This document shows, one piece after another, positions 8,585 through 16,910 of a stretch of 64,000 nucleotides of DNA (position 1 is its first letter; each line of letters opens with the position of its first letter). The position numbers were made by a program, and so were the translations under genes. Source of the DNA: an uncultured Solirubrobacterales bacterium. Lineage in GTDB: Bacteria; Actinomycetota; Thermoleophilia; Solirubrobacterales; Solirubrobacteraceae. The notes under the pieces are model-generated. The model made no database searches, had not been told where the DNA came from, and saw only the letters and a program-made list of their open reading frames with translations. The stretch lies in NCBI GenBank assembly GCA_963767255.1, contig CAVYDM010000006.1:796-64795 (forward strand), written 5' to 3'.

Positions 8585-9751
8585 ATGACGGCGGCCGGCA
8601 CGGCGGCGCGTCGGTCGTATGGCAGCGGGCGTGTGTATGTCCGTACAGACAGCGCGGGTCGGGAAACGTTCTATGGCTCGTGGTGGGCGAACGCCCGCCG
8701 GGTGAACCGCCGGTTGGGTGTCAAGCGCGCACGCGGCAGCAGAGAGGGGCTGACAGCCGCGCAGGCGGAGGCGGAGCTGCGGCGGCTGATGGGGGAGGTC
8801 ACCCCGAACGTGGCACAGGGCGACCGGCTGGATGTGGCAGAGGTCGGCCGGCGCTACCGCAAGCACCTGGAGGCTCTTGGCCGCAAGCGCAGCACCCTCG
8901 CGGCGGTCGAGATGGTGCTGCGGGTGTGGATCGAGCCGCATCTCGGGGGTCGAGCTCTGGAGAGCGTGCGATCCGAGGACGTCGAGGACATGATGCGCGC
9001 GATGACGGCCGACGGGGTGGGGGCGAAGTCGATTCGCAACTACATCGGGACGCTGAGCGCGCTCTATCGCTACGCGATGCACCCTCGTAGGCGATGGGCG
9101 ACGTCCAACCCCTGCGACATGATCGACCTGCCGCCGCTCACGGTCTCAGACGAGATCCGCTTCCTGACCACAGCCGAGGTCAACGCGCTCGCGTCGGCGG
9201 CGGGGGCGGGCGAGCACCACGCGCTCGACCGAGTTCTCTATCTGACGGCGGCGATGACTGGTCTGCGGCAGGGCGAGCTGATCGCGCTGCGCTGGCAGGA
9301 TCTGGATTGGGCTGCCCAGCGGGTCAGGGTTCGTCGCAACCATGTCCTCGGCGAGTTCGACACACCCAAGAGCCGTCGCTCGACGCGCAGCGTGCCTATG
9401 AGCCGCCGTGTCGCTCGCGGGCTCGGCCAGTGGCAGAAAACGACGCGCTGGGCGGGTCCGGCCGATCTCGTGTTCGCTGAGCCCGTGTCGGGCGAAGTGC
9501 TCCGCCGCGGAGCGCTCATGCGCCGCTACCGCCGGGCGCTGAAGGCCGCCAAGCTCGAGCCGACGCACCGCTTCCACGACTTGCGCCACACGTTCGGGAC
9601 CGCGATGGCCGCCGCCGGGGTGCCGATGCGGACGCTCCAGGAGTGGATGGGCCACCGCGACATGGCGACGACGCAACGCTACGCCGACTACGCGCCGAAT
9701 GAGCGCGAGGTCGAGATGGTTAACCGGGCATTCGGCGATCCGGGCGCGTAG
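8585..9751 (+). CDS. Tyrosine recombinase/integrase
   Basis: Catalytic set TGLRQGE, TPKS, FHDLRHT, MGH, TQRYA; N-terminal YGSGRVY arm-binding region. Confidence 0.95.
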   Translation: MTAAGTAARRSYGSGRVYVRTDSAGRETFYGSWWANARRVNRRLGVKRARGSREGLTAAQAEAELRRLMGEVTPNVAQGDRLDVAEVGRRYRKHLEALGRKRSTLAAVEMVLRVWIEPHLGGRALESVRSEDVEDMMRAMTADGVGAKSIRNYIGTLSALYRYAMHPRRRWATSNPCDMIDLPPLTVSDEIRFLTTAEVNALASAAGAGEHHALDRVLYLTAAMTGLRQGELIALRWQDLDWAAQRVRVRRNHVLGEFDTPKSRRSTRSVPMSRRVARGLGQWQKTTRWAGPADLVFAEPVSGEVLRRGALMRRYRRALKAAKLEPTHRFHDLRHTFGTAMAAAGVPMRTLQEWMGHRDMATTQRYADYAPNEREVEMVNRAFGDPGA

Positions 9752-9766
9752 GTAGTCTCGCCCGCC

Positions 9767-10516
9767 ATGCCGGTTCTCGACCCACACCATCTGTTCATCG
9801 ACGAGTCAGGCGACTCTGAGCGGACTCTCCTGCTGTGCGCGTTGAGCCTGCCTGAATCGACGGTGCCGGCAGCGAGGGCGAGCACGGACCATCTCGTGGA
9901 GGGTATGGCGGCGCTACTGCCCGGATTCGCTCGGCAGCCTGAGTTGAAGGCAAACAGGCTCGCTCGACCGCTCCTGCCGAACGAGATCGCCAACCTCGCC
10001 GACTTACCGCCGTTCCGCACACATGAGCGCGAGTTCGTCTATCAGCACGCTCTCCATCATGTCGCTGGCCTGACCGAAGCGAGGGTGTACGCGGTGCTGT
10101 GGCATTGGAATGGGCCGGCGGCCCGTGGCGGTCGTAGGTATCGGCTGCTGCTGGAACGTTTGATGGAGTGGGTGCTCGAAGATTCTGAGCCTTTGTCCAA
10201 GATCGTGATCGACCGGGCTGGCCAGGAGCCCTATTACCGCCAGGCTCTCGACGCGGTAGCGGCAAGCGCCTCGATGGAGTGGACCGTGGAGATGCCAGCC
10301 TCGCATGAGGATCGAATGTTGCAGCTCGCCGATCTAGCAGCGTTCGCTGCATGGCAGGCGGCGACGCCGGGCCAGAGCCACTCCAAGCCTCACATGAGAT
10401 CCTGGTATCGGATGGCTCTAAGCGACTTGTTTGCGCCGCATGGCGATGGATACGGCTTGCGGCACTTCGACCGCGACGACGCGCACGCTAAACACAACTA
10501 CCGACGTCAGCGCTAG
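9767..10516 (+). CDS. DUF3800-family protein (RNase H-like fold)
   Basis: N-terminal FIDESGD, ELKA, IVID, C-terminal LQLADLAA. Confidence 0.85.
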   Translation: MPVLDPHHLFIDESGDSERTLLLCALSLPESTVPAARASTDHLVEGMAALLPGFARQPELKANRLARPLLPNEIANLADLPPFRTHEREFVYQHALHHVAGLTEARVYAVLWHWNGPAARGGRRYRLLLERLMEWVLEDSEPLSKIVIDRAGQEPYYRQALDAVAASASMEWTVEMPASHEDRMLQLADLAAFAAWQAATPGQSHSKPHMRSWYRMALSDLFAPHGDGYGLRHFDRDDAHAKHNYRRQR

Positions 10517-10536
10517 GCCGAACATCGGACTCGGCC

Positions 10537-10566
10537 AAAAAGTTGCCCCGGGTGTTACCCCGGGGC
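10537..10566 (-). terminator. Intrinsic terminator of the putative sRNA
   Basis: Minus strand GCCCCGGG-GTAACA-CCCGGGGC-AAC-TTTTT. Confidence 0.7.
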
Positions 10567-10613
10567 GTGGTCGAGACCAGAGTCGCCTGTTGCGCAGACG
10601 GTCCGACCTCGTG
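10537..10613 (-). ncRNA. Putative DUF3800-associated small RNA, convergent on the gene
   Basis: Minus-strand promoter, two stem-loops and a U5 tail; the 5' end is estimated from the -10 position. Confidence 0.6.
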
Positions 10614-10619
10614 ACACGC

Positions 10620-10648
10620 ATGATAGACGGTCCCCGGTCGGACCGCAA
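10620..10648 (-). promoter_or_regulatory. Sigma70-type promoter TTGCGG-N17-TATCAT
   Basis: -35 at 10648-10643, -10 at 10625-10620, exact 17-bp spacer. Confidence 0.6.
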
Positions 10649-10802
10649 GGGGGCGCGCCGGCAGGCGCGGCGTCGAGTGCTTCGTGCGGCTTTGCGACCA
10701 ACGCTTCGGACGCGCTGGTGGTCTCCCAGGCGCGCGCCTCGCGAGATGCCTCCACGTATTGATGGTGACCGATAACCTGATCGTCCGCACCGGAGGAGAA
10801 CT

Positions 10803-12062
10803 ATGAAGGCTCATCAGACCCCCTGGACTCCCGACATTGCTCACAAGATGCTGGGCAAGATCGACCCGAAGCCGCAGTATCAGCGTGGGTCTGTCTGGAC
10901 GCGGAAGCAGAAACAGCTGCTGATGGACTCGATTCTCAGAGGGATGGACATCCCGAAGCTCTATCTCAGGAGCGTCGGTGACGGCTCGACGGGTTCCTAT
11001 GACTTCGAGGTCGTGGACGGGCAGCAGCGCCTAAGAGCGATCTGGGAGTACTTCGATGGCGAATATGCGCTTTCGAAGGATTCCGAACTCGTCATCGCCG
11101 GCGAGGACCTTCGTGGCCGGAAGTACCAGGACCTTTCGAAGGATGCCTGGATCGAGTTGGGTCGGTACCCACTGACCGTAGTGGAGCTGGATGCTACGGA
11201 CGACGAGGTGGAGGAGATGTTCGTCCGTCTGCAGAACGGCACCACGCTTCGTGCGGCCGAGATACGCAACGCCATGCCCGGCAACATGAAGGAGTTCGTC
11301 AGAGAACTGGCCGACCACTCGTTCTTTCCGAGCTGTCGCTTTGCGAACAAGCGACGCGACTACGACCACGTAGCGGCGCAAATGACCCAACTCGAGCTTG
11401 CTGGTGAGCCAACGGACGTCAAGAACACACGCCTTGAGGCGATGTACCGTGAGCGCCAGGATTTTGACCCAAGTTCCGATAAGGGGAAAAAGGTCCGTCG
11501 GGTCCTCGACTATCTTGCCGCGATGTTTCCAGCCAAGAGCCCTTTTCTGGAAAAGTACAACGCTGTCGCGCTCTATCTTGTCGTTTCGCATTTGATGGAG
11601 AATTTCCACATTGCGGGACGTGAGGCTGAGCTGACGAACTGGTTTGAGGATTTCGAGGCACTCCGACTTGCTGATCGAGACAAGCCCGAGGACGAGCGCG
11701 ATCCAGCGCTTGTGAGCTACCAAGAGCGTACGAGTCACGCAACGGACAGCGTGGATTCCTTGCAGTACCGCATGGAGAGTCTGCTCGAGAGGCTGCACGG
11801 CGCGATCCCCGATCTTGCGCCGCTCGATCCTCAGCGGTCGTTTACCGACGCGCAGCGGAAGGTGATCTGGCTCGGGGATAACAAGCGATGTCAAGCGCGC
11901 ACTCATTGCGATGGCACGGAGTGCGATTGGGACAATTGGCACGGTGACCACAAGATCCCGTGGTCGAAGGGCGGGACGACCACGGTCGAGAATGGACAGG
12001 TGTGCTGTCCAGCTTGCAATCTTGCCAAGGGCGCGACGCTGTCAGGCCCGATCCCCGCGTGA
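10803..12062 (+). CDS. DUF262 (ParB/Srx-like) + HNH endonuclease, GmrSD-like
   Basis: PQYQRGSVW, VVDGQQRL, FVRLQNG (DGQHR family); C-terminal HGDHKIPWSKGGTTTVENGQVCCPACNLAKG; RBS GGAGGAG. Confidence 0.9.
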   Translation: MKAHQTPWTPDIAHKMLGKIDPKPQYQRGSVWTRKQKQLLMDSILRGMDIPKLYLRSVGDGSTGSYDFEVVDGQQRLRAIWEYFDGEYALSKDSELVIAGEDLRGRKYQDLSKDAWIELGRYPLTVVELDATDDEVEEMFVRLQNGTTLRAAEIRNAMPGNMKEFVRELADHSFFPSCRFANKRRDYDHVAAQMTQLELAGEPTDVKNTRLEAMYRERQDFDPSSDKGKKVRRVLDYLAAMFPAKSPFLEKYNAVALYLVVSHLMENFHIAGREAELTNWFEDFEALRLADRDKPEDERDPALVSYQERTSHATDSVDSLQYRMESLLERLHGAIPDLAPLDPQRSFTDAQRKVIWLGDNKRCQARTHCDGTECDWDNWHGDHKIPWSKGGTTTVENGQVCCPACNLAKGATLSGPIPA

Positions 12063-12088
12063 GCGCGGTGGTTGGCAGCAGGCGTGGC

Positions 12089-12112
12089 CAAGGTTCCATT
12101 CAAGGTTCCGTT
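12089..12112 (+). repeat. Tandem 12-bp repeat, probable integrase arm-type sites
   Basis: CAAGGTTCCATT CAAGGTTCCGTT about 80 bp inside the att core. Confidence 0.55.
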
Positions 12113-12191
12113 TTGAGCAAATCTCAGAGAACCTGAGATCACCCGAGCCCAGCAAACACGGGGAACATCACCCAACCTGAGGCCCCCGGTG

Positions 12192-12214
12192 TGGTTCGAG
12201 CCCAGTATCGCCCA
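12192..12214 (+). other. att site: duplicated 3' end of a tRNA (Val-like)
   Basis: TGGTTCGAGCCCAGTATCGCCCA = T-arm plus acceptor 3' strand with no 5' half upstream; followed by an imperfect GAAA-loop hairpin. Confidence 0.75.
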
Positions 12215-12377
12215 TCGCGATAACCCGCTGGAAACGGCAGGTTTTCGTGTCTCAGCAGCGCCGCCGGGGAGAGGCTGCGGCAGGGCCGCGTCCTTCTCGC
12301 GTCCTTCACTGGGAGCCTCACCAAGCTGGGACTCATGACGCATTGCCAACTCGCTGGGGCCACCGTACTATTGGAGC

Positions 12378-12905
12378 ATGGAGTTCGACTTCGAGCCCGA
12401 CCAGGCACGTGCGGCGATCGACTTTTGTGCGCGTGCCATACGGGCGATCACGGCCCTCGATCGCCTTGACGATGAGCGTCCCCTCGCGTTGGCTTCGGTA
12501 CAAGAGAGCATGGGCGCTCTTGCCGCTCGCGTTCCAGACGTCGCTTTGGCTTCGGATGAACGCCTTGCTGATGCGCATGCTGCTCGGACGGCCATGATCG
12601 ACCAGCTACATGGCCTACGGTGTACGCTCGGCGATGTTTTGATGGATGCGCGTGCGGCAAAGCCGCAAGGGATGCTCGTCGCGGACGTAGAACCCCAGGT
12701 TCTGCCGGCTCCTCGCCCACTGCGTGGGCTTGTGCTCAACCCGGTAGAGATTATGCGCGTGCTGCTGGAGATCGAAAAATGGGTGGGTCAACAAACGGGC
12801 TATTGGTTGCGCGAGCTCAAGAGCGGGCTCGGGGGACTATGGGCCACCTCGCACGCGGTGCTGGCGACCACGATCGTGTGCCCGTACTGCCCCAGCTCGC
12901 CGTGA
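12378..12905 (+). CDS. Hypothetical protein, possibly 3'-truncated
   Basis: ATG 6 nt after TACTAT (leaderless); its end collides with the recombinase fragment. Confidence 0.5.
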   Translation: MEFDFEPDQARAAIDFCARAIRAITALDRLDDERPLALASVQESMGALAARVPDVALASDERLADAHAARTAMIDQLHGLRCTLGDVLMDARAAKPQGMLVADVEPQVLPAPRPLRGLVLNPVEIMRVLLEIEKWVGQQTGYWLRELKSGLGGLWATSHAVLATTIVCPYCPSSP

Positions 12906-13072
12906 CGGTTGTCGCCCGCATTGCGCATCACGGCGATGATTTCCTCGACGGTCGGCGGGTCGGCCGGGTAGCACATCCCCTTGTTGCGAGGCGAACGGCC
13001 GGCGTGGAAGCCGGGCAGAGTCGCCGGTGAGCGACGCCGCCCAGCGGAATCGAGAACAGCGGAAACAGTCAT
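12899..13072 (-). pseudogene. N-terminal fragment of a tyrosine recombinase
   Basis: MTVSAVLDSAGRRRSPATLPGFHAGRSPRNKGMCYPADPPTVEEIIAVMR resembles the start of a recombinase family I recall from Solirubrobacterales; it breaks off before the catalytic Arg. Confidence 0.65.
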
Positions 13073-13191
13073 GGGATCCTCCTCGGGGATCGAACAGCAA
13101 ACGGTTCTCGCTGCTCTATCGGCCTGTCGAACAACTCCCAACATGCCTCGCCGATCCAGTTCTTGTCGCGCTCAGGCGCTACCCTAGGATC

Positions 13192-13359
13192 GTGAAACAT
13201 TCGGTTCTGAGCACAACCCCGACCGCCGAGACCCCTGCGCTGAGCGACGAGGAACGTGCCGAGCGCTTGCGGCGACTCGCCGAGCGCATGTTCAGCCCGG
13301 ATGGGTTGGATCGGGACACGCTTGAGCACATTGAGCAGCTGACGGCCGACGAGTCGTAA
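13192..13359 (+). CDS. Putative VapB-like antitoxin (start uncertain)
   Basis: Small acidic ORF directly upstream of the PIN gene. Confidence 0.5.
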   Translation: MKHSVLSTTPTAETPALSDEERAERLRRLAERMFSPDGLDRDTLEHIEQLTADES

Positions 13360-13370
13360 GCGAACCTGCC

Positions 13371-13811
13371 GTGGATGCTGTCGAGCTGTTGGGAGGCGAG
13401 GCGCCGTTCATTGCCGACACCTCAGCGTGGTGGCGGTTCTCCTCGCTCCCTGATTAGCTTGCCGGATTGATCAAAGCAGCGGTAGCCGACGAGCGGCTGT
13501 GGACGACACCGATCGTGCGGATGGAGATCCTGTACTCCGCTCGCAGCACCTCCGAGTACATCGTGCTGGAGACAGAACTCGACGCGTTGCGAATCCTGCG
13601 CAACGATCGCGCTGTCGCCGACGCCGCGATGAGCGCGATCGGCGAGCTGGCGGAGCACAGCGACGGGTATCACCGCGTGCCGCTGACCGACGCCCTGATC
13701 GCCGCGGCTGCCGCCGAACACGGCGGCATCGCGGTGCTCCATCGCGATGCGCACTTCGACAAGCTCGCCGAAGTCCTGACGTTCGAGAACGTCGAGCTTC
13801 CTGGATCCTGA
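13371..13811 (+). pseudogene. VapC/PIN toxin with in-frame TAG at 13455-13457
   Basis: FIADTSAWW...PD*LAG...RMEILYSAR...LTDALIAAAA...VLHRDAHFD. Confidence 0.8.
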
Positions 13812-13968
13812 CCCGCCGTCTACACCGCCGCGGCGAACACCGCAGCCACCAGCTTTCTACGAAACGCCTCGGCATCGTCCGCAGCAGGCGTGGGCTGGGA
13901 ACAGGCGAGACGCTCGGAGCGATTGTCCGGCGCACGTGCGCCTGACGGGCGTCTGTCCATGGTCTAGT

Positions 13969-14005
13969 ATCCAACCTACTGGTTTATCAACCACTATGAT
14001 GAATA
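13969..14005. promoter_or_regulatory. Probable ArsR autoregulatory operator
   Basis: AT-rich tandem imperfect palindromes CAACCTACTGGTTT / TCAACCACTATGATGA just before the start codon. Confidence 0.45.
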
Positions 14006-14006
14006 C

Positions 14007-14354
14007 GTGATGACGACCGACCAACTCGACACTACGTTCGCGGCCCTCGCCGACCCCACTCGTCGCGCAATCCTCGCGCGGCTCGCGCAGGACGGCGAAG
14101 TCACGGTAAACGAGCTCGCCGAGCCGTTCCCCGTCAGCGTGCAGGCAATCTCCAAGCATCTGAAGGTGCTCCAACGGGCCGGGCTCATCACGCGGGGGCG
14201 GACGGCCCAGCTTCGTCCGTCCCGCCTCGAGGGTGCCCCCCTGCGCGACGCAGCGGACTGGCTGGAGCAGTACCGCGAGGTCTGGGAGGGCCGTTTGGAT
14301 CGCCTCGCGAGTCATCTACAGGACATACAAGGAAAGGCAGGCAGAGATGAGTGA
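14007..14354 (+). CDS. ArsR/SmtB-family regulator
   Basis: FAALADPTRRAILARL...AISKHLKVLQRAGLI. Confidence 0.92.
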   Translation: MMTTDQLDTTFAALADPTRRAILARLAQDGEVTVNELAEPFPVSVQAISKHLKVLQRAGLITRGRTAQLRPSRLEGAPLRDAADWLEQYREVWEGRLDRLASHLQDIQGKAGRDE

Positions 14355-14818
14355 GCAGTTCGAGATGGCCGAGCACACGATCGTGATCGAGCGCGAGTTC
14401 GATGCGCCGCGCGAGCTTCTCTGGAGGGTGTGGACTGATCCGGACGAGGTGACGAAGTGGTGGGGGCCGCGCCCAGCCGGAGCACTTCACGACGCCCCGC
14501 GAGAAAATCGAGTTCGACCTGCGCACGGGCGGGGTCTGCCGGATGACGATGGTCGGGCTCGACGGGGTCGAGTATGCAAACGACGGCCACTTCGGGATCG
14601 TCGAGCCGCCCGCACGGCTGTCGTTCGCGCAGGAGACCACCGACAACCCGATGATCGAGTCGGGTGAGACGACGGTCGAGTTCATCGATCTCGGTGAGGA
14701 CCGCACGAAGCTCGTCATCACATCCCGCATGATCTGCGCCGAGCAGCTCCTCCCCATGGCCCAGGCCGGCTGGAGTAGCCAGCTCGACAAGCTCGAGCGC
14801 CTGCTTCGGAATGCGTGA
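14347..14818 (+). pseudogene. SRPBCC/AHSA1-domain protein, frameshifted near 14470
   Basis: IEREFDAPRELLWRVWTDPDEVTKWWGP, an apparent 10-nt insertion, then EHFTTP...EFDLRTGG...GWSSQLDKL. Confidence 0.8.
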
Positions 14819-14878
14819 GTCTCACCAACGCCTCGACGAATGGCTCGAGGCGATCCACGACGAAACCGAACGGAGGCA

Positions 14879-15451
14879 ATGATGGGCAAGCTCATCGAGG
14901 CGGCCCATGTCACGCTTGGCGGCGAGGTCGGCTCAAACGACTGGGCGTTCCCCTACCTCGACGAACAGCACTCGCAGTACGCCATGGAGCTCCTGACGGG
15001 AGCGGACGCCCTCCTGCTCGGGCGACTGACGTACGAGGGTCTCTCGGTCGCCTACACCAGAATGGCCGATCAAGCAGCCGCCGATCGAACACCCGCCGGT
15101 GTTCCCTCTGACTTCATCGGGCGGATGAACAGCATCCCGAAGTTCGTCGCTTCGACCACACCCAGCGGGCTGACCTGGAACGCCACGGCGATCGACGGCG
15201 ATGTCGCCTCATTCGTCAACAATCTCAAGCGCAATGCTGGCCAGAATCTCTTGAAGTACGGAAACGGACCGCTCGATGCCACGCTTATGGAGCACGGGCT
15301 GATCGACGAGTTCCATCTCTTCCTCACCCCGGTCGCCATCGGCAAGGGCAAGCACCTCTTCGAGAGCATCGACACCGCGCCCCACCTCCGCCTCGTCAAC
15401 GTCACACGATTCGATAGCGGCGTGCTAATCCTCGTCTACGCGCCCAAGTAG
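14879..15451 (+). CDS. Dihydrofolate reductase/RibD C-terminal family protein
   Basis: ADALLLGRLTYE, MNSIPKFVAS, GLIDEFHLFLTPVAIGKGKHLF. Confidence 0.9.
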   Translation: MMGKLIEAAHVTLGGEVGSNDWAFPYLDEQHSQYAMELLTGADALLLGRLTYEGLSVAYTRMADQAAADRTPAGVPSDFIGRMNSIPKFVASTTPSGLTWNATAIDGDVASFVNNLKRNAGQNLLKYGNGPLDATLMEHGLIDEFHLFLTPVAIGKGKHLFESIDTAPHLRLVNVTRFDSGVLILVYAPK

Positions 15452-15710
15452 CCCGTCTCTCTCAGCGCTCGCGCCGACGACCGGCACCCAATGGGTCTCT
15501 TGTGTGAACGATGTCCGCCAAAGCCTACGGGAGCGAGCGTACCCCGGCTGGCAGCGCGTGCGGCTTCTCGTCGTCCCAAGCAGTAGCGGGCTGGTCGAAC
15601 CCTGAGACGCTCGCGTCCTGCCCGGAGCGCGATACGGAAGCTTCGAGCGAGACGCGCCCGGACGGCGCGGCATTGAGGTCTGCTACGCCCAGGCCGGACA
15701 GGGGTACACC

Positions 15711-15739
15711 AAACTCCCCACCAAACCGGGGGAAGTCCA
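15711..15739. mobile_element. Possible solo IS3-family terminal inverted repeat
   Basis: Reverse complement TGGACTTCCCCCGGTTTGGTGGGGAG resembles actinobacterial IS3 ends; no transposase nearby. Confidence 0.4.
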
Positions 15740-16037
15740 GTGAGTGGTACGAGGCTGGAGAAAAGTGAGGATGGTCGCCGAATAGCGGAGGCAACGTACG
15801 CACGGCACGCTAGGCTGACGAGTGCCGCGCCACCGTCGTCGTGGACGATGACACCGAGTTGATGTTGATCCCGTTTCCGCGCAGCTTCGTAGACCGGCTG
15901 CGTGGGAGTGTCCGGGTACGCGTGACGCACCGGCCGCACGGGCACGTCGCTGCGTATGCGACGGCCAGCACGCTGGGCCGCATCCGGTGCGTGAGATGCG
16001 CGATCTGGCGCACGCCTAACTTCCGGAAGACTGGCGC

Positions 16038-16838
16038 TCAATAGACCGCTCCGGCCGCGATGAGGCGTCCGTCTGCGTCCACCGCATAGCCAGGCAGCGC
16101 GAAGCGAGTGGCGAGGAGCTCCGGCACGGCATCGCGCTCGACCGGGGTGACGGTGGCGCCCGCGGGCGTTCGCTCGGTCAGCGCGAGCTCGCCCCAATCG
16201 CTCAGCACCGTACGGGTGCCGTCGTGTGTCTGCGCGGCGACGATCAGGCCGGTCACGAACGGCGAGGCGGGATGTGTCGAGGTGAACCAGTTGCTTGTTT
16301 CGAGGTCGACGAACGGGACGGGGTGTGGAATGAAACCGTAAACGTCGATCCACTCGTCCTCATTGATCGTCTGGAGCACGAGCTCCGGATCCTGCTGGAC
16401 GACGCGAAAGCGCCAGCCCGATTGCTCATGCTCCGCGCCGGGGCCGAACGGGAGCGGCTCGAGCAGGCTGGCGTTACCGAAACCGACGTCCCCATGCCAG
16501 TCTGACCCCTCAGCGCGAACGCGCAGGACGAGATGACTACGCGGGCGGGTCACGCCGGGCGGCGCCCCGAGACGCACGCGCGCGAGGAACAGATCGACCT
16601 CTGCACCGAGCGCCTCCAGCGCGGCCTTCAGCAGCAGGTTCTGCTCGAAGCAGTACCCGCCACGGCGCTCCTCGACGAGCTTGCGCTGTAGATCCTCGAC
16701 CGCAAGCGACACCGGCATCCCGCAGTGCGGATCGAGGTTCTCGAACGGAATCGAGGTGACATGCGCACGATGCACCTCCGCGATGCTCGGACGCCCGTGC
16801 AGGCCGATCCTTGCGAGATACGCATCGAGGTCGAACAC
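16038..16838 (-). CDS. nat: Arylamine N-acetyltransferase
   Basis: FDLDAYLARIG, IPFENLD, RRGGYCFEQN, SHLVL, DVGFG (Cys-His-Asp triad). Confidence 0.93.
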   Translation of the reverse strand: MFDLDAYLARIGLHGRPSIAEVHRAHVTSIPFENLDPHCGMPVSLAVEDLQRKLVEERRGGYCFEQNLLLKAALEALGAEVDLFLARVRLGAPPGVTRPRSHLVLRVRAEGSDWHGDVGFGNASLLEPLPFGPGAEHEQSGWRFRVVQQDPELVLQTINEDEWIDVYGFIPHPVPFVDLETSNWFTSTHPASPFVTGLIVAAQTHDGTRTVLSDWGELALTERTPAGATVTPVERDAVPELLATRFALPGYAVDADGRLIAAGAVY

Positions 16839-16910
16839 CGCGGGAACTCTAATCGACCTCACTGACTCCATCAAACCCGGCCTGGTTCATAAGTCCAGCC
16901 TGGCGGGGGC

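Larger units (their letters stand above)
1..12214. mobile_element. Integrative mobilisable element / defence island, right part
   Basis: Relaxase + xis + repressor + integrase + tRNA-derived att; the left end is outside the window. Confidence 0.8.

Noticed and set aside
10542-10565. GTTGCCCCGGGT/GTTACCCCGGGG as tandem integrase arm sites
   Set aside because: Better explained as the two arms of the terminator hairpin; no att core nearby
12181-12250. Intact tRNA gene
   Set aside because: Only the T-arm and acceptor 3' strand are present; no D-arm or anticodon arm
13925-13946. Solo palindrome GTCCGGCGCACGTGCGCCTGAC as a dispersed array unit
   Set aside because: Single copy with a different centre (CACGTG); plausible by chance at this GC content
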